A program made the translations under genes and the position numbers. A DNA stretch of 64,000 nucleotides from Carcharhinus longimanus (Eukaryota). Positions 35,489 through 49,595 of this stretch are shown here, piece after piece (the stretch's first letter is position 1; the number at the start of each line of letters is the position of its first letter). The notes under the pieces are model-generated. The model searched no databases. It was given only the letters and a program-made list of their open reading frames with translations, and was not told the origin of the DNA. Location: NCBI GenBank assembly GCA_030264375.1, contig JASCQW010000032.1, forward strand, positions 4,119,376 through 4,183,375, in the 5' to 3' direction.

Positions 35489-38400
35489 AATAGATTTGTC
35501 AGAATTGAGACTTCTACATACCACATGAGTTTTGTCACATATACTATCACAGGAAGGACACCGGGAGCATAACAGTACAGCTTTGCAAGGAACAGGACAC
35601 TGTCCTATGTCCCCTTCACCCTACAGGAGTCTGAGCCTTGAAGAAAGACAGACAGACTGGAGGTCTTCATATAAGACCACTTGGAGGAGGCAATCTACTT
35701 TGCCAGCCAAAGAGAGACTCCATCAATGCTGAACTGAAGCACCCAGTCTCGTGCACGTTGTGTGACCAGCAGGACATTGCATTCCTAAAGGAACCAAGTC
35801 TCAGGAGAGAGAGCAGTCCAGGAGCCCCCAGAAGGGAATGTCTTAGGGAGGGCAACCTTCTCCCCTGTCCAACGTACTCTTCACCTGACCCGGATGAACA
35901 AAGCCATGACTGCCCAAACCTGCTGAATGACACCCTGCCTTTTTAAAATTCTAATTTAGTTTACCAGAGCTTTGGAAATCCTCTTTTCCAAATGAGCAAA
36001 ATTTCATTTTGTACCTCAAACATGCCTAATGCCTTCACCAATAGATCTCCATTTTGGTCTCAAAGCAGCTTTACTGCTCCTGTGTCAACCTGTTTATTGT
36101 TAATATGACTATAGAGGATCTTTTGGATTTCCTTTTGATATTAGCCACCAAACTATTCTTAGACTTTCTTTGCTTACCTTATTTCCTTTTTCACTTCCTT
36201 GCACCTTTCACATTCTCCCTTGTACTATTATGTTTGTTAACTGCTTCATCCTACTCCCCCTTCTTCAGTCTTTTGTGTGTCCCCTCCTATCCTGTCTGAG
36301 CTCATTTATCGTTTGCAGGAATAGGGGGAGATGGTGCATAGTGGTAATGAACCAATAATCCCAGGTTATCACTATTTTGTTCATTAGAAGACATGAAGTA
36401 CCTGCATTTTTAATGGGAGTGATGGTGTAACTGCAGTAATGAAAGACAGCAAGCTGTAATTTTGAGTGGGTGTCATCAAGATCTGGGTATATTATATTCA
36501 TTGTCACTGACAATCTGTCCATTATTACGCGCATGATCTCTTTGTCAGTCTTAATTATTCAGGAAGAAACAGCTGAAACTCAAATTTTTAACATTGACTG
36601 GGGCAGTTCTCAACAACAATCACTCCAAATTTACCTGAATGGGAAAATTTACCTGAATTGGTTGTAATCTCAATGTTGGTCCACTTGTACAGTGGTGCAG
36701 TTTCTCTCCCTGAAGAGTGCCTCAATTCAGTGACTTTGATATGGATTTAGTTTGGTGCCTCTGTATAGACTACTACAAGGGAAGGATCATGTCGAAGGCT
36801 AAAGAACACCTGTCATTTAAATAATCGTAATGACCTGGACTAACTGTTTCTGATGGCTCAGATCAAGTCATGTTGCCCAGTGTTATAGTGCATGATTGTT
36901 CAAAACTATAATACATCTAAGGAGTTGCTCAGATTCAGAACTGATTTTTAAACAGATGTTACCTTTGGTATAGCACAGAATGACTGACTTTATTTCTGAA
37001 AGATCACTGTAACAAAATACTGCAATTTAACAGTAAACTGGTGACTAATAGAATGCCTGTTCCAGACACTGGATATGTTTATATATGTGACATTTTTCAC
37101 ACCGACAGAATACAACCAATTTTCAATTTAAGTTATAAAAAAGCAGCATTAACCAGATCTGAGCAATACTATCTGAATTGTGTTGGAAAACCAGTAATAT
37201 ACCACAGGATTGGTGACTTTGCCAACAGCAATACAAACTGAAATAAGCCAATACACGCTGTGCTCAAATGCAATTTAGATGATGAGAGTCGGATTGAAAG
37301 TACCACTTGCAACTTCGAGAATACACACAAGCACACGTGTGCACAGACACACGCACGCAGGCATGTGGTGCCCTTTGATGCGTGCGTAAAAGCACTTATG
37401 GGGTTTTTAACCATGTTCCCAACGAGACAGAACCCCAAATGCCATTTAATCTCATACACGTTGCAGTAATGTCATCGCTGCGGTAATGTAACCTTATTTG
37501 TGATGCTAATGAATAAACTTCAAAAAACTTCTAAGATACAGAATGAAGTCAGTACCTCTGTCCTTATTTTAAGCTCCTCAACCAACACCCCATGGTCGTC
37601 TGCCTTTACAAGCCCAGTTGGCAGACTCTTTACCCACAATACACTGAGAGCCTGCAAGGGGCCACACGGGACATGCTGCGTTCATTCTTCCGCTACAACT
37701 TCTCTATCCTCAGGCTTTAAGGGATGGAAATTCATAATTTTGTTTTTTTTTTAACTCAAAGCCCAGTCTAAACGATTGCTTTAGATTTCAATATGAACAA
37801 CACAACTGTTATTTAAAATCATCATGGAAAAAGACTCGCCTGGAATAAAGTCACCTCAGCGACTTTGGATCAGTGTTCTCCTGCTCTAAGGGGACTTAAA
37901 ATTCAGAGCATGATGTTGCTGTGCGTTGCCTACTGATTACAGAGCTATTAGGGTCTGATTGAAGCCCCCCACAGCCATAGGCAGCCCCTCCCATTGTGAG
38001 ATCCCGTCCGAGGCAGGGTGTATTTCATTGTAAGTCTGTCTCTGTGCCTGCTTACTCGTTTGCTAAGGTCACTGCTGCTGCATGCCAAGACATCTGTTTC
38101 ACCTATTGTTGGACTGAAACTACTACGGAGAAAGGGGAGATTCTCCCACAGGGATCGCTAAATCTTTGTGTGTACCAAAGATTTGTATACCTTTTTCAAA
38201 GTTAGCGATAAACTTTATTGCTGAACGCAAAATCTGGGTCTATAGGTACGTACTGAATAAGAAGCAGCAATACCCACTGTCTTCCTGTTATGTAAATTTG
38301 ATACTGGTGTTATTGAAATTCCTGTCCAACACTTCGGATACACTCAGCATTTTAACAAATGGATACCCTAGCAGAGGTACATTTTTGCCTCTTGATCGTT

Positions 38401-38864
38401 GGTTAAGAAGTGAAGCTACTCAGATGGATCTTTGCTGACCTTTATAACTAAAACTACCAGAGCTTCTAGGAGAGAAGGCCACTTGTTACCTAATATGGAA
38501 AGTTTTGTGCATCTTTTTGCTTCTCAGACTAAGGGTTCTGCAGAGGCTTGAGTAGAAAACAATGGTTACGTTTGTATTATATGGCTGTATGTTCAGTTGT
38601 TAATCTTGTGGTCCACATGGCTTGTGGTGATGCGTAACCGTTATCGTTGCTGTATAGTGATCATTAAACAAGTGGTCCAATCCCAAGAGGAGTTCTATTT
38701 CAGTTCTGCTATTGGATGAGCCATTCTGTGTTCTAATTCACAATTTAATACTTTATGCCTTGGTATATAAAATGTTATATTTTGTACAATTTAAATCATT
38801 TTACAAAGAAAGGATACCTATTTATAATAAAAGCTTTCACAATTGTAGGCATGTAAATGACAAA

Positions 38865-39770
38865 AGGATAGTAAGAGGAGGTTGGAGAAATTAGGGACAA
38901 AAGGGGGATCTACACAAAGGCTTGACAAGGCAACAATTGAATATTTTATATCTTCCTTCAGCAAAGAAGAAGATGCTACTCGGATCATAGTGAAAGAGGG
39001 TGTAGTTGAGATACTGGATGGGCTAGAATTTGAAAGGTGGTATTAGAAAGGCTGTGACTGTACTTAAAGCTGATAAGTCACCAGGACCAGATTGAATGCA
39101 TCCAAAGAATTTTGAAGGAACTAAAGGTGAAATTGCTGAGGTACCACTCATAATCTTCCAATCCTCTTTAGATACAGTGTTGGTGACAAGAATTTGGAAA
39201 GTCACTTTAAACTTGATGGTGGGAAAGCTTTTAGAAATAGTGATCCTGAACAAAATTAACATTCACTTGGGCTGGTGAAAATTAAATAAGGAAATTCACA
39301 ATGGATTTGTTCAAGGCAAGTTGTGCTGAACTAACTTGGTTGAAATTTTTGGTGAGGGAATGAAGAGGTCAGTAAAGGTAATGTAACTGAAGTCTACACA
39401 GCCTTCCAAGAGGCAATTGATAAATGTTGCATTCAGGCTTTTCAGAAAAGTTGAAGCTCATGGNNNNNNNNNNAGCGGGCAGTGTCAACTAGATACCAAG
39501 TTGGCTGAGTGGCAGGAAACAGTAGTGGTAAGTGGATGTTTTTCAAACAAGAGGATGTTATACAGTTGGGTTCCCCAGGAGTCAGTACTAGGATTATAGC
39601 TTTTCTTGATGTACATCAATGACCTAGATTTGAATGTATAGGCACCACTTTAAAATTTGCAGATAACACAAAACTTGGAAGTATTATCAATTGTGCAGAG
39701 GATTGTTACAGAATTCAGGAGGGCCAGGTTAGTGAATAAGTGATAGATGAAATTTAATGCAGGAAAGTGA
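38865..39770 (+). mobile_element. CR1 LINE ORF2 (reverse transcriptase) remnant
   Basis: Frameshifted KSPGPD.MHPK, VPQESVLG, YINDLD and KFADNTKLG motifs. Confidence 0.8.
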
Positions 39771-39910
39771 TTCACAGTTAATGAAGTGCTTTTGTAGTGT
39801 AATGTAGAAAACATCTGCTGTCATTTTTCACTGGAGTGTTTTGCTTGCTAAAGCATGTTGGAGAATACTGAGCAGTTGACAAACTTGTTTCTTGTCTTTT
39901 TATTTTTCAG

Positions 39911-39997
39911 TTATTACAAAATGCTCCTGATGAGGTCCTTGTAGTGGCGTCATCAACATTGTGCAATCTTCTTCTTGAATTCTCCCCAAGCAAAGAG
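39911..39997 (+). CDS. ARMC8: ARMC8 exon (~15): [29 protein letters not shown]
   Basis: long polypyrimidine tract plus cag acceptor, weak gttcgc donor; 87 nt. Confidence 0.95.
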
Positions 39998-40389
39998 GTT
40001 CGCCTTTATCAAATGAATGGGCACATAACTGCCACTGTTGTTGGTATTAATTATTAAATACACCTGAATATTTTCTGGTGACTGCTGAAATATGTTGTCA
40101 TTAATTTGTTTCAGATATTAATTAGGCCACTAAGATTTAAAATAATATTCTCATACTATTCATTTTTTAAAAATGCCACTAAATTGCAACACACACTTAC
40201 TCGAAAGGTGATTGGGAAACCAAAGTTGGTAGTGGTGTGGCTGTTAAAATGATAAGTGTCAAGATGATGCATAATTTTGATTAGCTTTTTATACCAATTA
40301 CCAGATTCTGAACTTTCAGGAAAAGATGATGATCCTTTTTTCTAATAAATTAAGTGTATAAAAAAAAGTCATAATCTTGTATGTTCCAG

Positions 40390-40482
40390 CCTATCTTGGA
40401 GTCAGGAGCTGTAGAGCTACTGTGCAACTTGACTCAGAGTGAAAATCCAGCCCTCAGAGTTAATGGGATATGGGCTTTAATG
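40390..40482 (+). CDS. ARMC8: ARMC8 exon (~16): [31 protein letters not shown]
   Basis: ccag acceptor, gtaaga donor; 93 nt. Confidence 0.97.
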
Positions 40483-41089
40483 GTAAGAACTTTTCATAAT
40501 AAGGCTAATCATATTGTGTTATTTAAATTATTTATTTCCTACAAACAATCTCAGGCTGTTTTAGAAAATGGTTCAAGAGCTTTTTAATTGTTTACCATTC
40601 CACACACTTCAATTGAAGATCTATCTGGAAGTACACAGGACTTGCTTTTTCCAATTTGTTGCAAAGTTTATTTCCTACTGCTCCTGCGTAAGTAGAATTA
40701 TTTGACCATTTAAGTTGCTCTGAGTAGTCAGCTCTAAGCTTTTTCTGTATGTGACAAATTTTTGATGGGTAATATTCAAAATTATTTTGAGTTTTGATAG
40801 AAAACATGCTCAACATTTAAGTGTAGGAATGTTACCAAAAATAAGTTGTGATTATTAAATTAAAATGCTTAATGGACTCCCTTACCAATAAGTACATTAA
40901 ATTTATTGGTTTTTTTTCTATATTCATCCCCATTCCTTTTTTAAAGAATGGGAGGGCGCAGCTGAATTAACAGCATATTTCATTTACATAACATCTTTAA
41001 TGTCGAAAAGTCTAAGGATGCTTGATGGATACATGAAATCAAGAGACCAAACCAAAGAGATTAGTCAAAGATTTGCACTGAATTTTGTT

Positions 41090-42330
41090 TTTATGCATTC
41101 ATGGTTTGAGGCATCAGTGGGATGCCAGCATTTATATTCCATCTCTAATTTCTCCTGAGAACTTCCTGCTTGAACCACTGCAGTCCATGTGCTGTAAGTA
41201 GACCCATAAGTGCTATTAGGTAGGGGGTCTCAGGATTTTGACCCAGCAACAATAACGGATCACTGATGTATTTCCATGTCAGGATGGCATGAGACTGAGT
41301 ATGGAGCTTGCATGTGGTGGCATCCCCATGCATCAGTTTCTCTTCTTCTAGGCATTGGAGCTGGCACCTTCAGAAGGTGCTGCTGAAGAAGCCTTGTTGA
41401 AATGCTGCTGTGCGTCTTGCATATGATGCACACTGCAGCCATGGTGCCCCACTGGTAGAGGGAGAGAATGTTTAAGATGGTGGATAGGGTGCCAGTCAAG
41501 TGGGGTGCCTTATCCTGGATGATGTTGAGCTTTTTGNNNNNNNNNNTTTTGAGTATCGGCTACATTTATCCAGCCAGGTGTTTTGGTAGGTGATGCACAG
41601 CCTTTGCAGTGTTAGGGGTTGAGTTACTCACTGAAGACTATCCAGTCTTTGATTGGCTCTTCTAGCCACAGTACTTATGTGGCTCATCCAGTTAAGGCTC
41701 TGGTCAGTGGTGACCTTACAAAATGTTGATTGTGTGGAATTCAGTTATGGTAATATTATTGAATGTCAGGGTGAGGTGGTCAGATTCTCTCTTGTTGGAA
41801 ATGTTTATTCATCTGAGGAGTGAACATTACTTGCCATTTATCAGCCCAAGCCTAAATGTTGTCCAGATCTTGCTGCATGTGGGCACAGACTGCTTCATTA
41901 CTTGAGTTGCATATGGGACAGAAAGCAATGTTGTCCACAGTGAGCATCTGTACTTTTGACCTTTTGACAGAGGAAGAGTCATTAATGAAACAACTGAAGA
42001 AGTTGGGAACCGAACCCTACCCTCAGGAACTCCTGCAGTGACGCACTTGGAGCTGATCTGCTGGCTTCCTTGTTTTATGCTAGTTATGATTCTGGCCAGT
42101 GGCGAGCTTTCCCCCTGATTTTCATTGCCTTCAATTTTGCTAGGACTGATTAGTACCACACTCAGATATACACTGCTTTGATGTCAAAGACATCACTCTT
42201 ACCTTACCCCTGGAATCCAGCTCTTTTCCCAATTTTTGGAATAAGGCCCTAATGTCTGGACTGGACTACTCCTGGCAGAACCCAAACTGAGCATCTGAGA
42301 GTGGATATCGATGAGGATGTGCTTTTGATG
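41090..42330 (-). mobile_element. CR1/L2-group LINE 3' portion with RT remnant
   Basis: ORF 41827..42159 TAGVPEG...SLMTLP resembles AGVPQGSVLGP...INDLP; 3' tail at ~41095-41150. Confidence 0.75.
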
Positions 42331-43514
42331 GCAGGTGCTGCAAGCCCTCAGTACTTAATTCAAGTAACTGTTCTGCATGTGTGAGCCCAGCCAGTGAATG
42401 TTGATAGACAACTCGAGTAAACATGATCATGTCTTTGCCTTTTCTTGCTCAATGTCGATGTGTGCTTAGTTGCCATTGGAGGATAAGTGATCAATGGTGC
42501 ATATGGCCTGATTTTGTTTTCTCCACCTTCTTGGTACAAGACTGCTGGAACTAACTTTGGCATCCCTCCGTGACTGTTTTACATTAGCCAATTCAAGACG
42601 AACGCTGCTGATGTATGTGGTTCAATATCATATACTCAATCAGTAAATCATCTTGGGAGCCAAATTCACTGCAGTTATTAGGATTGAAATTTTGGGAGAA
42701 TGCTTCTCCTTCATCTTTATTGTGATTAGTGAACTCCAGGCAAAACAATAATTGGAGTTTGAATGAAAAATTATCCTCAAACTGGCAAAATAGATTAAAT
42801 CGATGAAGTGCCAAAAAATTGGATTAATTATCAGGCTTTTTGTGTTGGGGAACTGCAGTCCAACCCCTTTAATTAGAATATGCAAATTCTAATTATTTGT
42901 TAACCAAAATTAAAATTCTTTTGATTCTTTAAAAAGTGCACATGCTTTTTAATTTAAATTGCATAATTTGAACTATGGGATAATTTGATGTGTTCAAGAA
43001 AAGGTTAATTTGATTAGATTAAACCAGCAAATATATTTTCATTTCAAGATATTTTTGTACACTGTGGCAGTTGTTTAAGTTTTTAACCATGGACCCTAAA
43101 TTGTTAATTAGTTGATGTAACTTCAGCTTATCACTATGGCCCTGACATTTCCTGCTAAATGTTGTTTGTAAGTCTTGATACTGACTCCTTCCTCACATCT
43201 TCATTTTCAATTGTTTACTGAGAAATGGTTCCACAGGCAAATTTAACACACACGTCCAATTTGCATCATGTTGCACACAGTTGTTAGACATTAAAACACA
43301 GTAGCTAACTCTCTGAAAAAGTTATTTTCCGATATGCTTTTTCTTCTATATGCTTCTTCTTCTACAAGTTTATCCACTTCAGTCTTTAAGAGCCATTATG
43401 TTTCTGTTGGACAGCCTATATCAAAGTAAACCTCTAAAGAAATTTGTCCCAGTTGTAGTGTGAATTCTTGCTTTCATCTGTGTGGAAGGGAAAAAATGTA
43501 TGTCAGGATTAGTA

Positions 43515-43817
43515 TGTGTGTTGCAACCTCAGGGCGTTCCAAAGCCTTTTAGTGCAATATGCTTTTGGCAGGTAGTTACTGCTCTAGTGAAACACAGTAG
43601 CAATTTGCAGACAGTAATCTTTCACAAGCAGCAATGTAATGCTGTCCAGATAATCTGTTTTTGTGATGTTTATATAGAGGGACAAATATTGGCCAAGGAT
43701 TAAACCCCTACTGCTTTTCAATTAGTGTTTTGGGATCCTTTGTGTCTTTCTGAAAGTGCAGATTGGGCCTCAATCTGAAGGACAGTAGTTACAACTGTGC
43801 TGCACTCCTTCAGTACT
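43515..43817 (-). mobile_element. DeuSINE (SacSINE1-like)
   Basis: Reverse Deu-domain-like gaaggacagtagttacaactgtgctgcactccttcagtact and ccagataatctgtttttgtgatgtt. Confidence 0.6.
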
Positions 43818-43959
43818 TTTTTTTCTTTCATGGGATGTGGGCATCTCTGGCAAGGCCAGAACATCCCAAACTGTCCATCAGCTGAATGATTTACTATGCC
43901 ATTTCAGAGTCAAACATATTACTGTGGGTCAGTGGCAGACTCCCTTTCATAATAGAAAC

Positions 43960-44338
43960 GTATCATAGAACCCTACAGTGCAGAAGGAGGCCCTTCAGCC
44001 CATCAAGTCTGCACCAAACACAATCCCACTCAGGCCCTACCCCCATATCCCTACATGTCAATGTTTCTACAGTTTCCGTCTCTGATTCTTTGGTTGCTGG
44101 AAACAGTTTCTCCTTTATCAAAACCCCTTCGTAGTATTGAATGCACTCATTAAACCTCCCTTTGACCTTATCTGCTGTAAGGAGAACAATCCCAGTTTCT
44201 CCAATCTCTCCACATAACTGAAGGCCCTCAAATTTTGCTAAATAAAACATTCCGCGCACTCCAAGCTTTGATATTTTTCCTAAATTGTGGCACCCAGCAT
44301 TGGGCGCATACTGTATACTCCAATTTAAACCTAACTGG
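43960..44338 (-). mobile_element. V-SINE tail plus CR1 3' fragment
   Basis: catagaaccctacagtgcagaaggagg tail; ggagaacaatcccagtttctccaatctc CR1-like segment. Confidence 0.65.
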
Positions 44339-44339
44339 C

Positions 44340-45215
44340 ATTGAGAGAGGAGGGGGAGTGGCACTTTTGATTAGGGAAAATATCAGGGCAATTCTGAGAG
44401 GGGATATATCCGAGGGTTTGGCCACTGAGTCTGTATGGGTAGAACTGAGAAATAAGAAGGGGGAAATCATTTTGATAGGGTTGTACTCTTGATCCCCAAA
44501 TAGTTGGTGGGAAATTGAGGAGCAAATATGTAAGGAGATTACAGATAACTCCAAAAAAAATAGGATGGTAATGGTAGGAGATTTTAATTTTCCCAACATT
44601 GACCAGGACAACCATAGTATTAGAGGGTTGGATGAAGAAACATTTGTTGAGTGTATTCAGAAGGAATGTGGATGGCCCAACTAGAGAGGGGGCAAAACTN
44701 NNNNNNNNNNNNNNNNNNNNNNNNNNNNNNNNNNNNNNNNNNNNNNNNNNNNNNNNNNNNNNNNNNNNNNNNNNNNNNNNNNNNNNNNNNNNNNNNNNNG
44801 TAATGGTAGGAGATTTTAATTTTCCCAACATTGACCAGGACAACCATAGTATTAGAGGGTTGGATGAAGAAAAATTTGTTGAGTGTATTCAGAAGGAATG
44901 TGGATGGCCCAACTAGAGAGGGGGCAAAACTTGACCTCCTGTTGGGAAATAAGGAAGAGCAGGTGACAGAACTATTAGCGAGGGATTGCTTTTGGGCCAG
45001 TGACCATAATTCTACTAGTTTTAAGGTAACTATGGAGAATGATAGATCTGGCCCACAAGTTAAAACTCTAAATTGAGGCAAGGCCAATTTGATGGTATCA
45101 GGCAGGAACTTTCAAAAGTTAATTGGAGGAGTCTGTGGGAAGGCAAAGGGAAGTCTGGCAAAGGGAGGCTTTCAAAAGTGTGTTAACCAGGGTTCAGGAT
45201 AAGCACATTCCTCTG
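44340..45215 (+). mobile_element. CR1 LINE ORF2 APE-endonuclease fragment
   Basis: GGGVALLIRENI, ESVWVELRNKKG, VGDFNFPNI, PTREGAKLDLLLGN and SDHN motifs. Confidence 0.9.
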
Positions 45216-46462
45216 TATGAGAATTGGCTTTCAGACTTTGAGCTGGAAATAATTATAAGCCTTCCAATTCTTCTATGCTGAGGTGACCTTGCTCCACGCT
45301 GTGTTTCTTGTCATTATAACCTGCTATGACCATATGTGCCGGCAGGAGTGTTATTTCCTCATTGTACTCACTTATTTAGACATGGTAAGACAGTGTTAAA
45401 AAATTTAATATTTTGATTTTTCACTTGCTGTCATTGAACATTGCATTTGAGATGGGGTGCATCTGTTGTAATGTAGCTATCTCAGCCTGTTTCAGAAAAG
45501 GCTGTGTTCTCTTCAGTGACAGTTTTGCATGTAGTCTATTAAAAGTGGACTCATGAAAGTCAAGTCATGGTTACCTAACTCTGTGATCTTAATCAAGTTG
45601 GTGATGAGGGTAACATTGTAGATATTGTGCACTTCAATTTAGAGACATTTTGTACAGAAATTTGTGGGATAAAGATAGAAAGAATTCAATGGTGAATTGG
45701 TTGGTTAATCGAGAGTTGGGGCAGTAAATGTTTCAATTTGACAACTGTGATTATTTGCTTGGAGGAGCACACTGTAGCTCTCAATGGAAGGGCAAAACGT
45801 GAGCAGGAACCATGGATTTTGTGCAGCTAAAAATCATTTTTGACTTTGTTATAGTTGGTGATATTATACCAACAATGAGGTAGGGTACATGCACAGACTG
45901 GACACCAGATTTGTAGGGCCAATGTTTTTTCCATTTTGCTCCCATTTCCTACTCTAAGTAAAGAAATACTGAAATCTATTTGTGATGTCAATAGATCTCT
46001 CAACCATGCAATCATTTCACTGGGACTTGTAAAATAAATTTTGAAAATTCACTCTCATGTTACAGGATAATTTATTTCACAGCACTTAATCACAGTTTAA
46101 TAATGCTCTTTATGAATATTGGAAAGGTTGTGAAATAAAACCAATATTTTACACAATATAATGTAACGTTTGTGCTATATACTGTCAGATGTGTATTGAC
46201 ACTAAATACATTTGTTTTAAAAAATAACAATTTGGACTTGATTTTGAAACTGAGAAAGAATGTATTGTACATACCCCATTGTTTCCTCATTGTATTCACT
46301 CACATAAACTTGCATAATTTCTTGTGCACAAGGTTTTAGATATATCAAGGGGAAGTCTTAAAAATTTAAGAAACAGGCCATATAAGATGTACTGCACATC
46401 ATTGTTCCAGTGAGAGATGACAGGCAAAATAGCATTTAAATCATCTTTTTTTCTTTTTTTAG

Positions 46463-46612
46463 AATATGGCTTTTCAAGCTGATCAGAAGATAAAGACCGA
46501 CATTTTGCGAGGACTGAGTACAGAGCAACTCTTCAGATTACTCTCAGATTCAGATGTGAATGTACTAATGAAGACTCTGGGACTCCTCAGGAATCTTCTT
46601 TCCACTAGGCCT
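46463..46612 (+). CDS. ARMC8: ARMC8 exon (~17): [50 protein letters not shown]
   Basis: poly-T plus ag acceptor, gtatgt donor; 150 nt. Confidence 0.97.
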
Positions 46613-46964
46613 GTATGTATTTGTAATTTGAATCTCAGCAGTTTTCTATTCTAACTAACCTCTCTCTGCTCCTGAGTATTGCGATGTTGAGCTGCTAAAG
46701 TGGCCTTGGTCTTTAAAATGGCCAAACTCAGGTGATCGTAGATAATTATGAAGTACTGAACTCAATCAGAGGACAATTATAACTTCATAAATTTCAGGCT
46801 CATGGTCAGTGACATTTTAATAATTTGTACCACTAAAAAGTATGCAGCATTTTATAAAACTTCCCAAACATCATTTGGTTTGCTTTTCAGTTTTAAAGAG
46901 TGCAAACCTTTGCTTCCCTGAAGCACTTCACTTAAATGGAACATTTATGGTTGTTAAACAAGAC

Positions 46965-47141
46965 CCTAGACAATGGCAGGAGGTGGCACACCATTAGCTG
47001 ACAGTGGAATCTTCTGGCCCTGTCACTGTCAATGGGTTTCCCATTCAGTGCATCCCTTGCCACCGTGAAGCCTGTGGTGGGGATGAATCGTCAGCGGGAC
47101 TGGAAGATCCTGCTGGTGTGAATGGCCGAAATGTTCCAGGC
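46965..47141. mobile_element. MITE copy (family of 6372-6558)
   Basis: accattagctgacagtggaatcttctggccctgtcactgtcaatgggtttc matches the reverse complement of ~6447-6505. Confidence 0.6.
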
Positions 47142-49499
47142 ATTATCTTTTATGTATTTGCAGATAGCCAAATGTTTGTAGGAGTGTACTGAAATTATAA
47201 ATATTTGTTAATATTATTTCTAGGAGAGGTTTAATTCTTTGGTTCTGGAGAGTCTGGAGAATATTAGATCTATTATTGTCTTGACATATAAGAATAGATT
47301 GAATTCACTCTTGAATTTCAGAAGCAACTATTTCCCACATAATGCATGAGAAACTAATTTTATTTCAGCATTGTCTTTTCTCTACCCCTTACTTATTTGA
47401 GCCTGTTTGTGTCACGTTATCTGACCTAAGACAGGCATGCAATTTATTTCCATGACTTTCACTAATATTGTTATGAAACTTCTTGAGCTTAGAAGGGCAT
47501 GACTAGGAAACATTTATTTTTCAATCCTGTACTCGCCACCAGTTCAAATTGATAAGCCCTCATAAAGACAGGCATACTGACAACCTACAAATTCATGCTG
47601 CCACTGATCGAGATTCCAGTGTTATTCAGAAAATATTATTGCAGCAGTAGTTGGTAAGTACCCATGTGAAATCTGATCTTTAGTACATTAAGATGCTTAA
47701 TAATTATAGCTCTGGACCTCTTTGTAGAATGGCATTTGCATTATTGAGAAGCTCTATAAAAGAAATATGTTAATAAGACCTCGTAGTTCAGAACGCCATA
47801 GAAATTTCATAAAGGAAAATGGGCAACATCCTATCAATCCTGCACTGGTCTGAACTTTACAACTGGAGCTTCTTATTCTAATTCTACTTCTCTACCCTTT
47901 CCTTGTATATTTCTACAGTAGGTCATGGCGCGTAAGTAGACATGACATGTAAGATAATCTATTCAGTGCCAAATGTATATCGTATAAGTTGACTCCCTCC
48001 TCCTTCAGCTAACAAATTTTCTTTGGCCAAGTGGATTGTACAAGTTTCAAAAAGATCAATTATAAAAATGTTTTTGAAACACTAGATAACTGGATGAGTT
48101 CTGTCACACCATTTGCTGAAACCTTTCATGTCACATTTTAGCATACACAAAATTGCCTGCAGTTCTTTTACTGTGGCCCAACCAATGTTGTGCCAATTCA
48201 ACAGCACTTACTTTCCAGTTCACTGCAAGAAATAAAAAAAAAATCCTGCTTGTAATGGTTCAATCAATTTTTAAAAAGTCACTGTAGAATTTATTAATTA
48301 CATTAATATAAATAAAAAATTGAATTGAATGAGGAAAAAATGTGAGCAAAAGACCTTAACTCCCCTTTTACTTCATGTTTCATCATTGTTTATTTTTTGC
48401 ACTGTCTAGAATGAAATACCGTCAATTATGTAAAGAACCCTACTGATTTACTTGCAAGAGCTTCTCAAAAACCTGAGGAATAACTTGAAACACTGGTTTT
48501 TAGTGGTGTATATTTGTTTGGACTAATGTTAAGAACTGTGCACAATCCAGTGAGGAACCAGTCAGTTGTTTTATGTAAATATTTAATTGAATATTTATCA
48601 AAGGAAAAGAAAAACACATGACAAAAGTAGTATATAGTACGGCACAAGTGTGTTAATAACTAAACACAGTTTTATCTGAAGTTGCCTCTTGCTCCCAAAA
48701 TCTACCCATGTTCCCTGAACTTACTAAGATACCCCTTTTCTAAGCAACGTCCATTTCACATTCAGCTCAGTACCACACAATACAGCTTAGATGACCAAGA
48801 CTGTGAAAGTCCTTTTGCAAAATGAAGGTACAAAGCTACATCTTTTAGAATCTGCTGTGGCTTTAAAGGTTAGATGGAACAGGTCTCCATGTCTTTGATC
48901 ACAGATGGAACTGGCCTGCTGATGATTTTGGCCTGCCTGGCTGTTGGGTAGAAGCCTCCTTCTCCAATAAGAGTGCTAACAATTATACTTATAGCTGCTT
49001 TGATATCCACCCTGTGGATTCACCTTTATCTCTCAAAATCCTTGCCTTTAGATGTTAGAAATTTTGTATAACCCCACTGATTTCCAGTACACAATGTTTC
49101 TGATATGGCAATTCACACCCCAATTTCTCTAGATGCTTGCTAATCTTGTTACTGGGCAAACTGCATTTCAGTATTTCACTAGAAGCCTACAAATCATATT
49201 GCTTGTCATTTGTTTTCATCTCAAGTTCACTGATAACCTAATTAACTTGCAAATTTCTAATACCTATTGCAGAATTATGAAGTTCAAGTTTATGTGAGGA
49301 ATAATTTTGGTTGAAGGTTACCTCCTCAAATCTACAGCGGGTTATGTTGCCTTNNNNNNNNNNATTTCATCAGTGCTGTGCACCCCCATCAATCAGTGTC
49401 ACATTTACTCTGTGATGTTATGTGAAGTAATTAAATGTTGAAGAAGGTCTGCTTGTTTTAACTTTGAAAATATATAATGTCACTCTGTTTTATTGCTAG

Positions 49500-49595
49500 C
49501 ACATAGACCAGATAATGAGCACTCATGGAAAACAGATAATGCAAGCTGTGACCCTCATCCTTGAAGGAGAGCATAACATTGAAGTTAAAGAGCAG
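49500..49595 (+). CDS. ARMC8: ARMC8 exon (~18): [32 protein letters not shown]
   Basis: ctag acceptor, gtaagt donor; 96 nt. Confidence 0.97.

Noticed and set aside
9867-40003. Possible minor (U12) introns at the weak donors gtacct (9867) and gttcgc (39998)
   Set aside because: Neither matches the U12 consensus RTATCCTT; treated as weak U2 donors.
44570-44931. About 130-bp duplication in the CR1 endonuclease region, producing repeated ORFs
   Set aside because: The copies flank a 100-N gap; assembly overlap artefact.
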